Source of the DNA: Anthoceros angustus
Taxonomy: Eukaryota > Plantae > Anthocerotophyta
Assembly (NCBI GenBank): GCA_010909165.1
Contig: MU008162.1
Location: 868,001 to 932,000 of the forward strand
Direction: 5' to 3'
Length of the DNA: 64,000 nucleotides
The translations under genes and the position numbers were made by a program. Below are positions 13,003-26,170 of this stretch, in pieces (the stretch's first letter is position 1; every line of letters starts with the position of its first letter). A model generated the notes under the pieces. The model ran no database searches. It was not told where the DNA came from and worked only from the letters and a program-made list of their open reading frames with translations.

Positions 13003-14968
13003 TGCACAAGACAAGGAGGAGCAGGAGCAGGAGAGGTGTCATGGAAGCGCGAGCTGGAGAACGGAATGTCGGCCGCGTGCAGGGCCTGCCCCTCAGGCCC
13101 CGCACCCATAGCCAAGCTCCCTGCTGCCCAGCACCCCGAAGCCCAAGACCGCAGCAGCCCCGGCCACCAGAGCCTCCCCAATCCAGCCCACCTGCATGCC
13201 GTTCTCTCCAGATCTTCCAAATGCCAAGATATCTCCTCTTACCCTACACGGGAACTGGAATTAACAAGAACCCAAGAATTTTCAGCTTTCCTCCACCCCG
13301 GGCTGGAATGCACGCGCCTCCCTCCTTCCCCCTCCCCACCCCCACCCCCCAGCCTCCAAATTCCTCCGCCCACTACCTCCTACTCGCAGCCCAGCATCCC
13401 CCCTGAGTCCATCACCCAGCTCCTGCACTTGTGCATGGAACCCAATTCTGCCTGCCCTTCTCCCACGACCCACAACCTCGCCAACCCTGGCTCCCCAATT
13501 CCAGCCTGACCCACCTCCCCAATTGCGGCCTGAGCTCCGCCCACCAGGCCCAGCACGAGAGCCCGCCAGAGGCGGCCGCCGAGACGGGGAAACGAATTGC
13601 AGGCCCAGCAGGGGGGAGGCCAGGCAGAGTGGATCGCTGACGGGGGGCAGGGGAACAGCGGCAGAGCTGCCAGAGGGAGCGTGCCAGGCCGGGGCAGACG
13701 GGAAAGGAAGGGAGAGAGAGGAGAGCTCAGAGGAGCGGAGGGAGCAAAGAGGTGCTGCTGCTGCGCCACCGGCCAGCTCAGGCAAGCAGGAAGGAGCAAG
13801 TGGAGCAAGAGGAGGAAGAGGAGGAGGAGGAGGAGGGAAGCAGGCAGAGCCAGAGCCAGAGCCAGAGGGCCAGAGAGCCAGAGCCACTGCACTGCAGCAC
13901 ACACAGAGGAAAAGATGAATCAAAAACTCCCCAAAGCAAAAGGCATTGGTGCCTCCTTGCCTGTTGCCTGCCCCCCGCACTCTTCCTCCTTCCCCGCGTT
14001 TAGAGAGAGACCAGCTTGCACTGAGCCTACTGCTTCTGCTCCTCCGCCTGGTAATTCAGCTCGGTAAAATGCTGGGCTCGACCCCTCGACCTCGACCTGC
14101 GGCTCCAGGCTGCAGCAATATCCCAGGTTGATATGCTCCTCCATCCGCTCACGCCTTTCACCTTTATCCGATTCATCGATTTTTCACCCGCTTCACGATA
14201 TTCGACAACGCCCTCCCTGATCACTCGCGCACACCTTCTTCTCGATTTTCCTAACACACGATCGTTAATGCATCTGCATGGACCTCATTTCAATCTTCTA
14301 GAAGCATGCCAAATATAAGAACATATCCGTTGGATCTTTTATAAATCTTCATATTAGATTCATATTAAATATAAAGGTATATATATTAAATATATTTTCA
14401 CCCATAATATGATAAAATAGGTCTGGTTTCAAAGGTAAATAAAAGCTTCTAATTAATTTTTATTTCTCTATAATTTAAAAAATAAACTTAGATTGTGATA
14501 TGGCTACTATATAGGATTATGCTGATATTAGTGAAGATATCATCAAGGATGTTAGATTGTGATATTACAATAATCTATGATCATGTTGAGATTAGTTGTG
14601 AAGACACGAGCAAGGATTTGATATCTCATTACTTTGGAGAGTTGTGATGTGAAGCGTGCGAGATCCATCGAAAGGTGGACTCACATCATCAAGAATATTA
14701 TGCTATAACAGGTCTTTATTTTTCTTCAATCAAATTACACTTCTCCATCATGTATCAAACAAGCTCTAGTGATATATACTTCCAAAAGGATGTGTTTGTC
14801 ATGTTGTAGAGCTATGGATATGAATTCACATGCATTTGAAGTAGGGTTTTATATTGCTTGAAGAAAAAAAAGTAAAACTGAATTACTCTGACAAGTCATG
14901 TGTTTATTGATCTTTACATATGATGTGTATTTTTATGCTTTGTATTTGAATGCATTCAGTAAATTAAG

Positions 14969-17262
14969 ATGGGAGCTCCAACCCAGCTGAAACCTGCTGT
15001 CAAAAAGCAAACAGACACAACATCTCGCAGTGGAGCTTCTACAGAGACCAAAAGCATTGCAAGATACAAACTGGTAATACTACAAAAACAACTTGACCAA
15101 GTCCAATAAGTAAGATACAAATAGAAAAGTATGTGTTAAGTTGTCTGCTAATCATGATCATTGTACAGATCTCAAAGACAAGTGAAGTCGATGAGAAACT
15201 TTTTGGCAACAAACCTGAAAATGACAAGAAAAGAAAAGACTCAAACGAGTTTTCAAAATTTGATTACACAACAATCAAACCGGTACTTGAAAATATAACA
15301 CTTGTTCATTCCTCTTGTAGATTTTTTGCACTTGTTTATCACATATACATCCTTGTACAAACAGGGCATGTTAAAAGTAGGTGAAGGTTGGCCTAGACGA
15401 CCTTCTCAACGCAGACGAAGCATCCAAGAAGAAAAAGAAGACACAGACACTGTTGTTGTAACAACTAGTGATATTGCTCGTATTAAGGTTAAAATATTTT
15501 CTCAAAACAAAAAAATTGCATCTTGAATGATTCAATGTTGTTCTCACACTCTAAACCTTTCAATAGAAGCTTTTTACTTTTGTAGGAAGCATGTGTTATA
15601 CTTACTCCAGAGGACCACCAAAGGATCAAAGAGCAAAAAGAAGCAGAGAGGGCCAAGATCAATGCTATAGCAAATGCAAGAAAGGCCAAGATGCAAAAAG
15701 TAAGAGTTGAATTATGTGGCAACTAATATTAGATCAATTGAATATGTACATGCACATTCCCAATGTATGTAATATTTCATTATAGTACTCTTCTCCTGAT
15801 GACATATGTAGTTGGAAGAAGCGGTGAAGGCAAAAAGTGGAGACATGTCGTATACTGAAAAGCTTAAATTGGAGGCTGATACTGCGTATGATCTATATAT
15901 TAAATCAAAAAAATTAATTGCATAATAATTTATTTTCCTGAATAAATTAGGGTGATGATGCAATTCAATTTCCTACAGAACAATGACAAATGCAATGAAG
16001 GAATGGGAGGATGCTATAGATGATGTGAAAAGGATGAATGCTATGATGACATATTCAAGATGTGTAACTATAAGGGACAAACAAAAGGAAGAAAAGGTAT
16101 TTTATAAAAAATAATAAAAATAAAAAATAAAAAATCTTGGTGGTAAGAATACTTAATCAGATTGATATTATGTAGGCTAAGCGAATCAAAGACAATAAAC
16201 AGGAGAGACTTGAGCTAGATGCAATGATGCAAGCTGATAGCAACAGAAAGCATGAAATTCGGGCAATAATAGAAGCCCGGAAAGACCGAGAACGACGAGA
16301 AGGAGCTAAGCTAATTTTGAAGCAAATAGCGGTCAGTTAATTTTCTTTAAGATTAATATATTATTTATATATAATAATTTTACATGTTAAAATATTTTAT
16401 CTCGCAATGTGAATGTCAGGAACGTGCAGCTAAAAAGAAAAATGACCAAGAAGAAAAAATATTGGAAGGTCAAGCCCTGGTACGCCACATTGAACAACTC
16501 AAAGCTGAAGATGATGCAAAAGCAGTACAAAAACATGAAGAGGGCAAAAAATTGTTGACCCAAGTCATGAAAGATAATGATGAAGCTATTTTGGAGAAAA
16601 AACGGAAAGTGTTAAGAGATAGAGAGGAGTTGAGACGAATTGAGCAATATGTGCTAGATAGGGACAAGAAGTTGCAGGCTCATCTTGACGAAGTTGAACG
16701 AGTGAAGAAAGAACGAGAAATGGAGACAATTCGATTGAGGAAAATGCAAGAGAAAGCAAACGATAAACAAATAGAACTTGATGCTTTGCGGGCTCAACGA
16801 GCTTATGAGCAAACAGAAAGGGCTTGGCGAGAAAAGGAAAGGAAAGAAGCAGAAAGAGTGAAAAACATGATGGATGATTTAGTGGATTCTAGGGAAAACC
16901 AGAAAATGTTGAAGGTAAAGAAATTAGCCGATCTAGCAAAGGTAGAAGAGAAAGAATATTACAAAATCATTCAAGCACAAAAGGAGGATGTGGCAAAGGC
17001 CCAGGCAAAGGCACTTGCTTTGGCGAAGATGGAAAAAGAACATCAACACCACATAGTGGAACAGATCAAAAAGAAGAAAGAAAAGAAGATTGCCGACCAC
17101 AAGGAGTGGGTTGAAGAGGGCGTAAGGCTTCGTGCAAAACTTGAGATCGAGAGACAACGACTGGAAGTAATCAAGGCACGCAAGTTGAAGGAGTTGGAAG
17201 CAGAAGGTGTACCCGTGAAATACCGTGCCGATCTTGCTAGGAAAAAGGTGAACGTCTGCTAA
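14969..17262 (+). CDS. CFAP45: Cilia- and flagella-associated protein 45 (CCDC19; trichohyalin-plectin-homology coiled coil). Exons ~14969-15073, 15169-15282, 15365-15487, 15586-15699, 15812-15885, 15979-16096, 16176-16331, 16420-17262
   Basis: Motifs ARYK..SKTSEVDEKLFG, DDVKRMNAMM..SRCVTIRDKQ, RLRKMQEKANDKQIELDALRAQRAYE..ERAWREKE and IKARKLKELEAEGVPVKYRADL match CFAP45 as recalled. All introns are GT-AG and frame-consistent. Confidence 0.92.
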
Positions 17263-18266
17263 ATCACCTCAAACCTCAATCTCTAACGGGCTGGATAGAG
17301 AGAATGAGGAGCATTTTGGTGCGAGTTGGTTCTTCTTGTCCGGAGAAGCATGCAAATTTTGTTCATGAAGAGATCAAATTTTACCAAGCGTGCAATTGCA
17401 CCTGGAGTAGATACCTAGATAGGTGAAACATTGCATGGGCTTCTCCGAAGAAGAAAATGAAGTCCTCCCGTTGTGGGAGGCATCTTGTACCGCTACATAC
17501 ATATGCATGTAGTAGCTGTCCTCTCCAATTTAGAGGACGTGGTAATGCGAATTGCGCGCACATAAAGATGCCGTTGAACAAAGTGACGTTGTGGGTTGCG
17601 TAAGTAGGCGAAATATGAAGTTTCTGTTTGGGGAATTAGCCGGTGAGAGTCGGGCCGGAATGGAAGATGCCGGTGCACAAAGCGGGTGCTTGCACCGTCA
17701 ACTTTTGACGGCGTTTACGGTAGGACTCTTATCTGGTGCGAGGGGCCGGAGCCAATCATGCGAGATGCTTTACCCCCGTGGTGGGCGGGACCGCGGGGGG
17801 CAATGTTACCCACCTGCTGCCGGGCCACGACGGCCCGACCCGGGCCCCTTATTATACCACTCTGTTAGTGGATATTAAATGCCATCATTGCCGCACGCCA
17901 ATTTCCGCCAAAATATCACTCGAGTTTACCTACGGCCGCAAATATTAAAAAACTGTGGACACATTGTCGCATGCGGTTTGGTTGGGCACGCGGCCTGGCC
18001 TGCCTACTGGTCGGAAGTTGGAAGTCTGCCTCCAGAACGGAAGCCCTTTGGACAAGGGACAAGCCAAATATGATTTTACAAGAGTACGAGGTGTTTCGTG
18101 CGCAATGTGGTTGCGTAGAGAACCATGTGGATTGCGTAGAGAGCTCCGGGCATCTTCTCTTGAACCTGGTCATTCCACTTGTAAACAATAAAAAAATATC
18201 GACACATGGTGTCATGTAAAATCCTGTTCTAAGCTCTGTTAGACAGCGATTTTACAGCTGTCCCCA

Positions 18267-18338
18267 CTGCGCCTGGTGTAGTGGTTATCTAAGTACCCTT
18301 TCATGGTGGTGACTGGGGTTCAAATCCTCGGCTGTGCA
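18267..18338 (+). pseudogene. Degenerate tRNA or tRNA-derived SINE head (TTC in the anticodon position)
   Basis: A-box TGGTGTAGTGG, anticodon arm TACC-CTTTCAT-GGTG and B-box GGTTCAAATCC are present. The acceptor stem does not pair. Confidence 0.6.
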
Positions 18339-19716
18339 TACCCACGAACGTACAAACGACTCATGTACGATGAGCTCTTCACCCTCATGTCTTGAGAAAA
18401 AGCAGCTCTTGCATGTAAGAGAAGCATGGGCAATGAAAGCAATGAAAGGTTTCCTCAGTTCATCAAAGCACATGAAAGAGTAACAAAAGCGGGGGGGAAT
18501 GGGAGCACATACTGCTATAGCGGTGGGGTGCATATGAGTCTTATCCGGATGCATGTCATGCATGCAGCCGGCCGCAACAGTACATCCAAAAGGGGCACAC
18601 GGGCTTTAGTCAACAGCAGCAAGTCCGGGCGGCCTGAATCCGCAAACCAGCTCATGGAAGCACATGGGGCATCCAGCCAAGCACGCAAAAAGTCAAGTAC
18701 CATGACAAACAAAACTTAGAGGGAAGGGAAGGGAAGGGAAGCGAGTCGGGTTGGGTCGGGTCCAGTCTAGTCGACCCCAAAAGGGTACTGCTCCCGTTTC
18801 CAAGCTGATAAGTGGGCGTTACAAAAGCTTACGGCCTCGGTGGCACCACCAGATTAGCTAATTCCACTTAGGCCCCAAATGGTGTGATAAACGTGAGAGG
18901 CTTGTGAGGCATGAGGCGCGCGAAATCTGAGGCGCCCAATTGGGAACTTTGCTTCCGAAGGCGCAGCAGAAGCAGCAGGAGTCGGAGTGGAGGGAACAGC
19001 ACTCTCGAGTGACACTGGCACTGGCTGCTTCAAGTTGCGGAACTGGAGATTTGTTTAACCCGGAGTGGAAGACGAATCAGCCTGTTCCACCTCCTCGAGA
19101 AGGGCAAAGCAGGCAATCGATGAGCCGTGTTGGGTGGGGATATCAGACTGATATCTCGCCACTTAACTGCGGCCATTTTGTAATCCGCGCTGCAATCCGC
19201 GTGGCGTGATCATGCGCTGTTAATACCAGATATTAATCTACTGCATCGCAGGGAGTGTGACACCGCAGCCTGCAGCTGCTCCGGCTGTGGCTGTGCATCG
19301 GGCCGACACATGGGCGATACTGCAGGCCTGCAATCCTGCGAAGTTTTGTCATTTCAGTTCCTCCTTCCCTTGGGCTCTTATTTGTTGCTCTGCTTTGCAT
19401 TTCTCTCGGTTGCCGAGACTCCACTCCAGTAGGGATGAATGATGCGGGCAAATCACGTATCATGAGCCATATCAGCGCCCCCTCATGAGGCACTAATGGA
19501 GCGAAGGCAGCGGGGAAGCTGGAAGCATCGCTCTTGGCGAGGAGGAAACAAACAAAAGTCGAGGCGGACGCCATCGAGTCCCCCAGCATAGTGCAATCCC
19601 GCACTGGGCGGCCGTGCAGGAGTTACCTACATACTGTAAGGCAGGAATCAGGTCATGCGCCTACGCTTCCATATCCAAGTACAAGTCCAACACACACAGG
19701 CAGAGGAAGCAAAAGC

Positions 19717-19767
19717 AGCTCCTGCTCCTGCTCCTGCTACTGCTACTGCTACTGCTACTGCTCCTGC
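19717..19767. repeat. (CTCCTG)n/(CTACTG)n hexamer microsatellite
   Basis: Directly visible. A similar tract lies at 20023-20052. Confidence 0.85.
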
Positions 19768-20232
19768 CCCTCCTTCTGGAAATGTCCGGCCCCTGCTGTG
19801 CTTCAGGCGACAGGCCTGGGACGAAACGCTCGCACACTCGCAAACCCTAAGTACATACCTCCACACACATGCATCTGCAGCAGCGCAAAGTGCAGGCGCT
19901 CCTGGCAGCCGGTGCAGCATACAACAAAGCCTGGGGCAGAAAGGACGGAACGTGCCATACGATGGCATGCCATGGCATGGCAGGCGGTGGTACGAAGGCA
20001 GGCCAGCTCGTCCTCCTCCTCCTGCTGCTGCTACTGCTACTGCTTCTGCTGCTTCTCATCCTCCTCGGTTCTGTGCATCAAATCAAACATGTCATCACGC
20101 TCCATCACCCGGAGCATCAGCATGGACAGGCCGTGCCAGGCCGGGCCAGGCCACGCTCGCCTCGTCCCCCGAGCTCCTCTGATGCGGAGATGCACTGCAG
20201 CTCTGCGCATCCCATCATGGTGTACTTGCGCT

Positions 20233-20315
20233 GTTAGGGTTTTGGCGCCCTAAGTACACCGGGGGCCCGGTGGGGTCGAGCCCCCCGGGGCCCGGGCGGA
20301 CCGTTTTCGCCAAAT
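20233..20315 (-). promoter_or_regulatory. Telo-box, E2F-like and GGGCCC (site II-like) motif cluster
   Basis: TTAGGGTTT (AAACCCTAA on the minus strand) overlaps TTTGGCGC, with GGGCCC twice nearby. Confidence 0.4.
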
Positions 20316-21695
20316 TAAATCCCAGCGCCGCACATGGGCGAACATGGGCATGTCGCGACGGCCGCGACGCCCGGCACCGCACCGTGCGCCGCCCCACGCG
20401 TCGGTCCCCGCCCGCGACCGGTCGCGGCCCCGCCCCACGGGCCGCGCCCTCGAGGGCCTCCTTCTGGAAGCCTTTCCCCTTCCTTCCCTCCCTCCCTCGT
20501 GGTTCGTTACGCAAAACCTTCTCCCCGGCCCCGGCCCGTCGAGGGTGGCGTGCAGGCAGCCCTCGCCAGTCGCCACCCAGCCAGCCCCCACCCCGGGAGC
20601 ACGTTACAATGATTCGTCATTCGGGCCAGTGGCCATCCCGGCGCCCACCACCACTCGCTGCGTTTTCTTTCTCGGAGACTTCTTACATGCCATACATCAT
20701 CCCCTGGGAAATCCGGGCTCACTCAGGCACTCACAAAGCGCAGAGACTGTGTTTGTGAGTGCCTGACATAACTTTGATAAACTTGTGTATCTGAGCATGG
20801 CAATCAGCTCTCCCTCCGGACCTGGTCGCCTTGCAGCCTGCTGCGGCTGCCCTGCCGTTGGATGCGCTCCAGTTGCAGCGGCAAAGCAGCAGGAAGGCAG
20901 GCAGCGAGGAGCACAGACTTAAAAAAGCTACCGAAGGTACGCACTTGGGCTCTTGCTGCACCCTCTTCCTGCTGCACAAAAAAAAAAAGAGAGAAAAGAA
21001 AGAAAGAGGAAGCACTGTAGATAAAATAAGTTACCCTTCTCCTTCCCGGAAAGTGATGACGCGGACGCAGCAGACCCAGCCTCCCTTCCCTCCTTCCCTC
21101 CTGCCCCTGGGAAATGGTACTCCGATTCTTTGTCGCCACCAGGATGGTAAAGTGATGGTGGGGGTGATGATGACGAGGGCTCAACAGCCCACAGGGCCGT
21201 GCTCGGAGAGGCTATGGCTCCGCCTTCTGCTGCTCTGGCTGCTGCTCTGGCTCCGGCCTGGGTTCCGGGGAGGCGGCTGGGCCCCCGACCTGGGCTGGGC
21301 GCTGGGCGCCAGTCGCGTTTCGACCGTTTCGAAACACAACTGCAGCAAACAGCAACAGTGAAGCCCCCACAGATTTAACTTCCCACAACAGTATTATTAA
21401 CAAAGAGAAGGCATGACATCATCCTGTGACACAGACGAGAAGAGAACTGAAGAGGAAGCACCAACGCCATAGCATGACATGCATGTATCAGCACCCCGAT
21501 GAGTCGATTAGTCTAGAGGTGCTGGGATGGGGCTGAAGTAGACAAGACCCACCAACGGCACGGCATGACATGACATGACATGACATAACTCCTACATAAC
21601 ATGGCATGGAATGCATCTTATCAGCATCCAGTACATGGCTAGGCTGGGGTGAGGAGAGGAGAGGAGAGGAGAGGAGAGGTGCAACATGGCTACTG

Positions 21696-24600
21696 CTATG
21701 GCTTGATCGCAACATGTGGGTTCAAAAAATCATCATCATCCCAGGGATCCGCACTTTGGTCTGACGGGGGCTCCTCGATGGTCTTGTGATAGTACTTGGA
21801 GCCTCTTGCAAGGTTGATGCTGAGCTGCCTGCGAGGCGGGAGGGCGTCGATGGTGCACGGGGAGAACCCACGGTGGACGAACCTGCGGCCAAGCCAAAAA
21901 GCCAAGCCAAGCAGACCACACAGGCATCAAGGACCATGAGTGAGTTTCGCAACCAGGGGTGGGGTTGGTGAAGGTGGGTGGGGAGCAGGGGGCCGGGGTG
22001 GGAGGAACTCCAACAGGCATGCCCATCCATCCATACATACCAGTCGGCTGTGCGGGTGGTGAGTAGAAAGAGGTACTCCAGTCCCTCCCTGGCGGCCTTC
22101 TTCTCCAGGAAATCTGCGTTTACCAGCGTCAAAAAGAGACAAGGGACAGACTATTAGCCCTGCCGCTTTTGCCACCCCCGACAGCCTCCCTTTTCCTGTC
22201 TGTCCCCCTCGCACCTCACTTCACCTCATCCCCACCGCCACCCGCCAATGTTCGGTACAGCCCAAAAGGAGCATCGCAGTGTCTTTTTCTTTAAGGAGGG
22301 GATGGAGAACGTACCCAGAAGGCTATCTCCTTGACCGTGTCCTCGGCACTCGGGGGCCACAGCAAATGCAGCCACTTCGCCACACTTCTCTTCTAAGTAA
22401 GGGTACAGGGCAGCACAGGCGATGATGGACCCGTCCCTTTCCACCACTGTGTATGCATGCAGTTCTTCCAGAAGCTGCTCACACAGGCACCCAACACCAC
22501 CATTTGTGACCCACAACCCCAGAAGCATGCATTTCATTGCATTGGTAGGCTCGTGTTGCTAACCTGCTCACGAGGCCGGTTGACTAGCACCCCGCTCTCC
22601 TCCAAGGGCCGGAGCAGGTTCTCGATCCCTGCTATGTCACTGGTAGTGGCAGCTCGTGTCCCCTCGTACTTATCACTGTTAAGCAGACCCACAATTGTGC
22701 CCTCGTTAGGATTTGGGGCCAGCGGGGTAAAGCAGAAGAGTGCTGTCATCCAGGTGTGCCGAGGAGGAGCTCAAACAACCTGGATATCATCGTTCCAGAA
22801 CCATCTCTTGTGTACAGCTCGAGAAGGAGAGTTCCTTCCACAGTGCTGTCCAGCAGATGAACACGCCGCACACCAGCCTGAACCCACCACCACCATGCAT
22901 CAGTTGAGGCAGCAATGAAGTTTCTGTCAAACTAAGAACAAACCAGGGACATCCACCAAATTCGATCCCAGCTCACAGACAGTTCCTCTCCCGAGTGTCA
23001 TGCTATCTTACTCGGCAAACGTAGACCGCAGCAGTCAGTTCCGACAGGTATCCGTAGGTCCTGCTGAGTCTTTCCTCCCCACCAATTGCAAACCCTTCCA
23101 CCTTGGACTCCGAGGGTGAGTGCCCTTGCTCGCTGTCCGCAGATGAGTTCTTGGGGCCTTTGGAGCTGAGGCTACCATTACCGATGCTACCATTTCTCTT
23201 CTGGCTGGAAAGACTACCATTAACAACACTACCATTTCCCTTCCGCCTCTCGTTCTGGGCAGTGTCAATGCCCAAAGACTTAACATAGTCTGAGCCAGCT
23301 ACAGCCTTGACATAATCTGCAGCTGCATAGCTCTGACTGGCTAAATTTCTTATCAGCTTGTCTGCATCACGAAGCGAGAGGAATCGAAGCAGACGGTCAT
23401 TCTCATCAAACACTGGTCCATCAAGAAGGCAGAGCAACTTGTCTGCATCTAGAGCCACCGCACAGGCCGTTGCAACTTCGTAGGTGCTGGTACATTTCCA
23501 GAACAACTTGCGACTCAGTTACACCTCTCTACCACACGGGCTAACGTAAAGGAATATCATGAGAAACACCTACTTGCAGGAATGTCATGAGAAACACCTA
23601 CTTGCAATTGAGAACCTCTCCACTAGCTGAGTATCCCAGGTTGCTTAGCAGCACAATAGAGTTGCTGTTCAGTCTCTCTCTGATGCGAACGACATCAATC
23701 TTCTTCACTTCTCCAGTCGCCTCAAAATCAACACCATCAACAACTCCCCTCCTCTGATGCCACAACCAAGTTTAAGCATGGCTAGAAAAAGGACTGGAGA
23801 AAAACCATCAACAACGAGAAGGGTACCTTGGCAGCCACATAATTGCCACTGGCAACACTGATACCAACTTCATGCCACCGCTCATTGTCACCGTGTCGAC
23901 GTAACATAGGAATGGACGGGAAACGAGAGAGATGTGCCTCTATGTTGACTCGAATCTTTCCTGCTGCCTCCTGGGACGCTTTCAAGGCAGCTGCATCTGT
24001 GATCCGATAAGCTCCCACGTACTTAGCCTTATGACCTGCAATTCAACATAACAAAACACTTCAGCACAAGTAGCAGCACCGCGACATCCTACAAGGTGCA
24101 ATCTGCCAGACTGTTCGGAACGTTCAAGTTCTTAAATCCTATCCGCCTGTACCAAAAGAAAGTTGTGTGGTCTAGCCCTTGCCCTCCAACAGCCTGTACG
24201 GTTATTTGGTGCTCATCTGGCCGAAGGAAAGAAACCCGATCACAATTGACCTGGATCTGTCAGCACGGTGACCAGTAGGGACACCCCACAATCCTTCCAA
24301 CTCACCTCTCTCCCGCAGCAGCTCATCAATCTGAACATGCGATCCAGGCACAATAACGACCTTAATCCCTAACCCGTGCAGTAGCGCCACGTCCTGCACC
24401 AGCCCACCCACATTCATCTCGCACCACAATTGCCACCCAAAAAAACCCACAAACCGCAACCAACAACACACGAAACCCACCTGCAGAATGCCGTCGATCA
24501 TCCCGGAGTCCGCAATCACCTCACCAGGGATAACAGTTACAAACGTGCTGCCCCGGAAGGCCTGGATATACGGCGTGGCCTCCCGGAAGAACTTCACAAA

Positions 24601-24804
24601 ATCCCCCTGATGATCCAATTGCACGCGCAAGGCCTCCGCAGTCGTCAAACCAACACGGCAATGCACATTTCCTCCAACCCGAACGCTCCCTCCTCGCACC
24701 CGCCCCCGGGGGAACGCCACCCGGAGCCCGTCCCGGGAAGCAGCCCATCCGGAGCTCCTGGCCAACAACGAGGGCCCGACCCTGGGTAACGCGCAATTGT
24801 GCAT
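21696..24804 (-). CDS. NAGS: Amino-acid acetyltransferase / N-acetylglutamate synthase, plastid (AAK + GNAT domains). Exons ~24804-24481, 24393-24306, 24035-23827, 23753-23602, 23486-23012, 22877-22780, 22675-22564, 22474-22315, 22113-22041, 21882-21696; the start ATG is uncertain
   Basis: Motifs [51 protein letters not shown]...[39 protein letters not shown] and [10 protein letters not shown]. Ten exons join in frame. Confidence 0.96.
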
Positions 24805-25704
24805 GGCTGCACCCACAAGCAGATCGGACAAACCCACAACCCGCTCGGCACGACCTCGAGCAGGAACTGTCACAGCATCCTCCAAATTGAGCACAGCTCC
24901 CGCCCGGCGATGCCGAACAGCTACCGGGGGCGGGGCAGCGCAATGCAGGACGCAGGGGGGAGGCGACTGCGGTGCGGGCTGGGTTCACGGGGATGCGCAC
25001 ATTGGACCGGAATAAGGAGCAGAGGCAGGAGCAGGCGAAGGAGCAGAAGCTCAAGCAGAAGGGGGAGATGGTGGCCTCGTCCAAGTGCGTGCACCCGAAT
25101 TTAATCGATGGGCTGTATCGTGACAAGGGGAAGAAGGATCTGCAAGGACTTGATCCCAACAAGCTCCCGCCACGGGAGCTTCCAAATGGAAGAACGTCGC
25201 AGACGTAGTACACAGCACAGGCCGTGGGAGGTGAGAGCGACTCGAGCTAGTCCGAAGCGGGCCCCATCGTCCAACAGGGACAGTCCCGACACCTGCTGTC
25301 CTGGATTTGTCATAACTTCACTTCCCACGCTCAGTCTTTTTCTTCCCGTATCAGTCTTCTTCCCCCCTTGAAATTCTGATGCGCTGCCCTGCCCTTCGCG
25401 GGCGGGCCACAACCTGGACGTCGCCTCCTCCTTGGGCTTCTCCACCTCCACTTTGTATAAAATATTTCTTTGGATTGGACACCCTACCTGCTTCCATGGC
25501 TTATGGTCGGGATGCAAATGATTGTCTCCTCAAATTCGTTCATACAAAATGGGTCTTGATCATTTATTACAGCTGCAAAAGTAGGAACCCGGGACACCCA
25601 CTCCTCACATGTTCTTTGTCATGTTCTTAAGTCCTTTTACAACTTTCTCCGTCCTTAGAATCCATGCATGTGCTCGTGCTCTTAACCATTGTACCATTGT
25701 CGGA

Positions 25705-26170
25705 GCTCTTAGGAGTTGTATCATTGTCGGAGCTCTTAGGAATTGTATCATTGTCGGAATTTCCTGATTGTATCAGTGGGCGTTCTCTTATGGTATCGAT
25801 GTCAGAGTTCTTATTATATCGTTGTCCCTGACGGAGTCCTCTGAGAGTGACAACATGGCTTCACAAATACATAGTACATATGCCTCTCTTTCTTAAGCTC
25901 TCCTCAATACCAAGATTTCATGGCTAAAAACAAGATCGACCTCTCGTGCACACACTGTCGGATCGGTACAATATATTCTTGTACTTCAAATATATTCATA
26001 CAATATATTCTTGTGCTTCAAATATATTCAGTACCATATAGACTTGTGTTATGGATGACCCCACCATGTAAACCTTGTTATGGAGTGACCATATGAACCT
26101 TGTTATGGACGGCCCGCGAGCTAACGAACCTTGTTATGGATGGCCCGTGAGCTTACGAACATGGTTATGA
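25705..26170. repeat. Cluster of short tandem repeats (26-bp TGTATCATTGTCGGAGCTCTTAGGA.; ~32-bp TACAATATATTCTTGT.CTTCAAATATATTCA; AACCTTGTTATGGA units)
   Basis: Directly visible at ~25711-25760, 25967-26030 and 26045-26170. Confidence 0.75.

Noticed and set aside
13002-14144. Many overlapping 130-230-aa ORFs on both strands
   Set aside because: Low-complexity GC/GA-rich leader DNA is depleted of stop codons, and none of the ORFs looks like a real protein.
17805-17900. USE-like TACCCACCTG plus TTATA suggesting an snRNA or telomerase RNA gene
   Set aside because: The downstream sequence matches no U-snRNA 5' end I know, and there is no telomere template nearby.
18267-18338. Selenocysteine/opal suppressor tRNA (TCA in the loop region)
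   Set aside because: The stem register places TTC in the anticodon, there is no long variable arm, and the acceptor stem is unpaired.
19534-21361. Several long ORFs with poly-L, CY or TA runs
   Set aside because: They are translations of microsatellites and GC-rich sequence.
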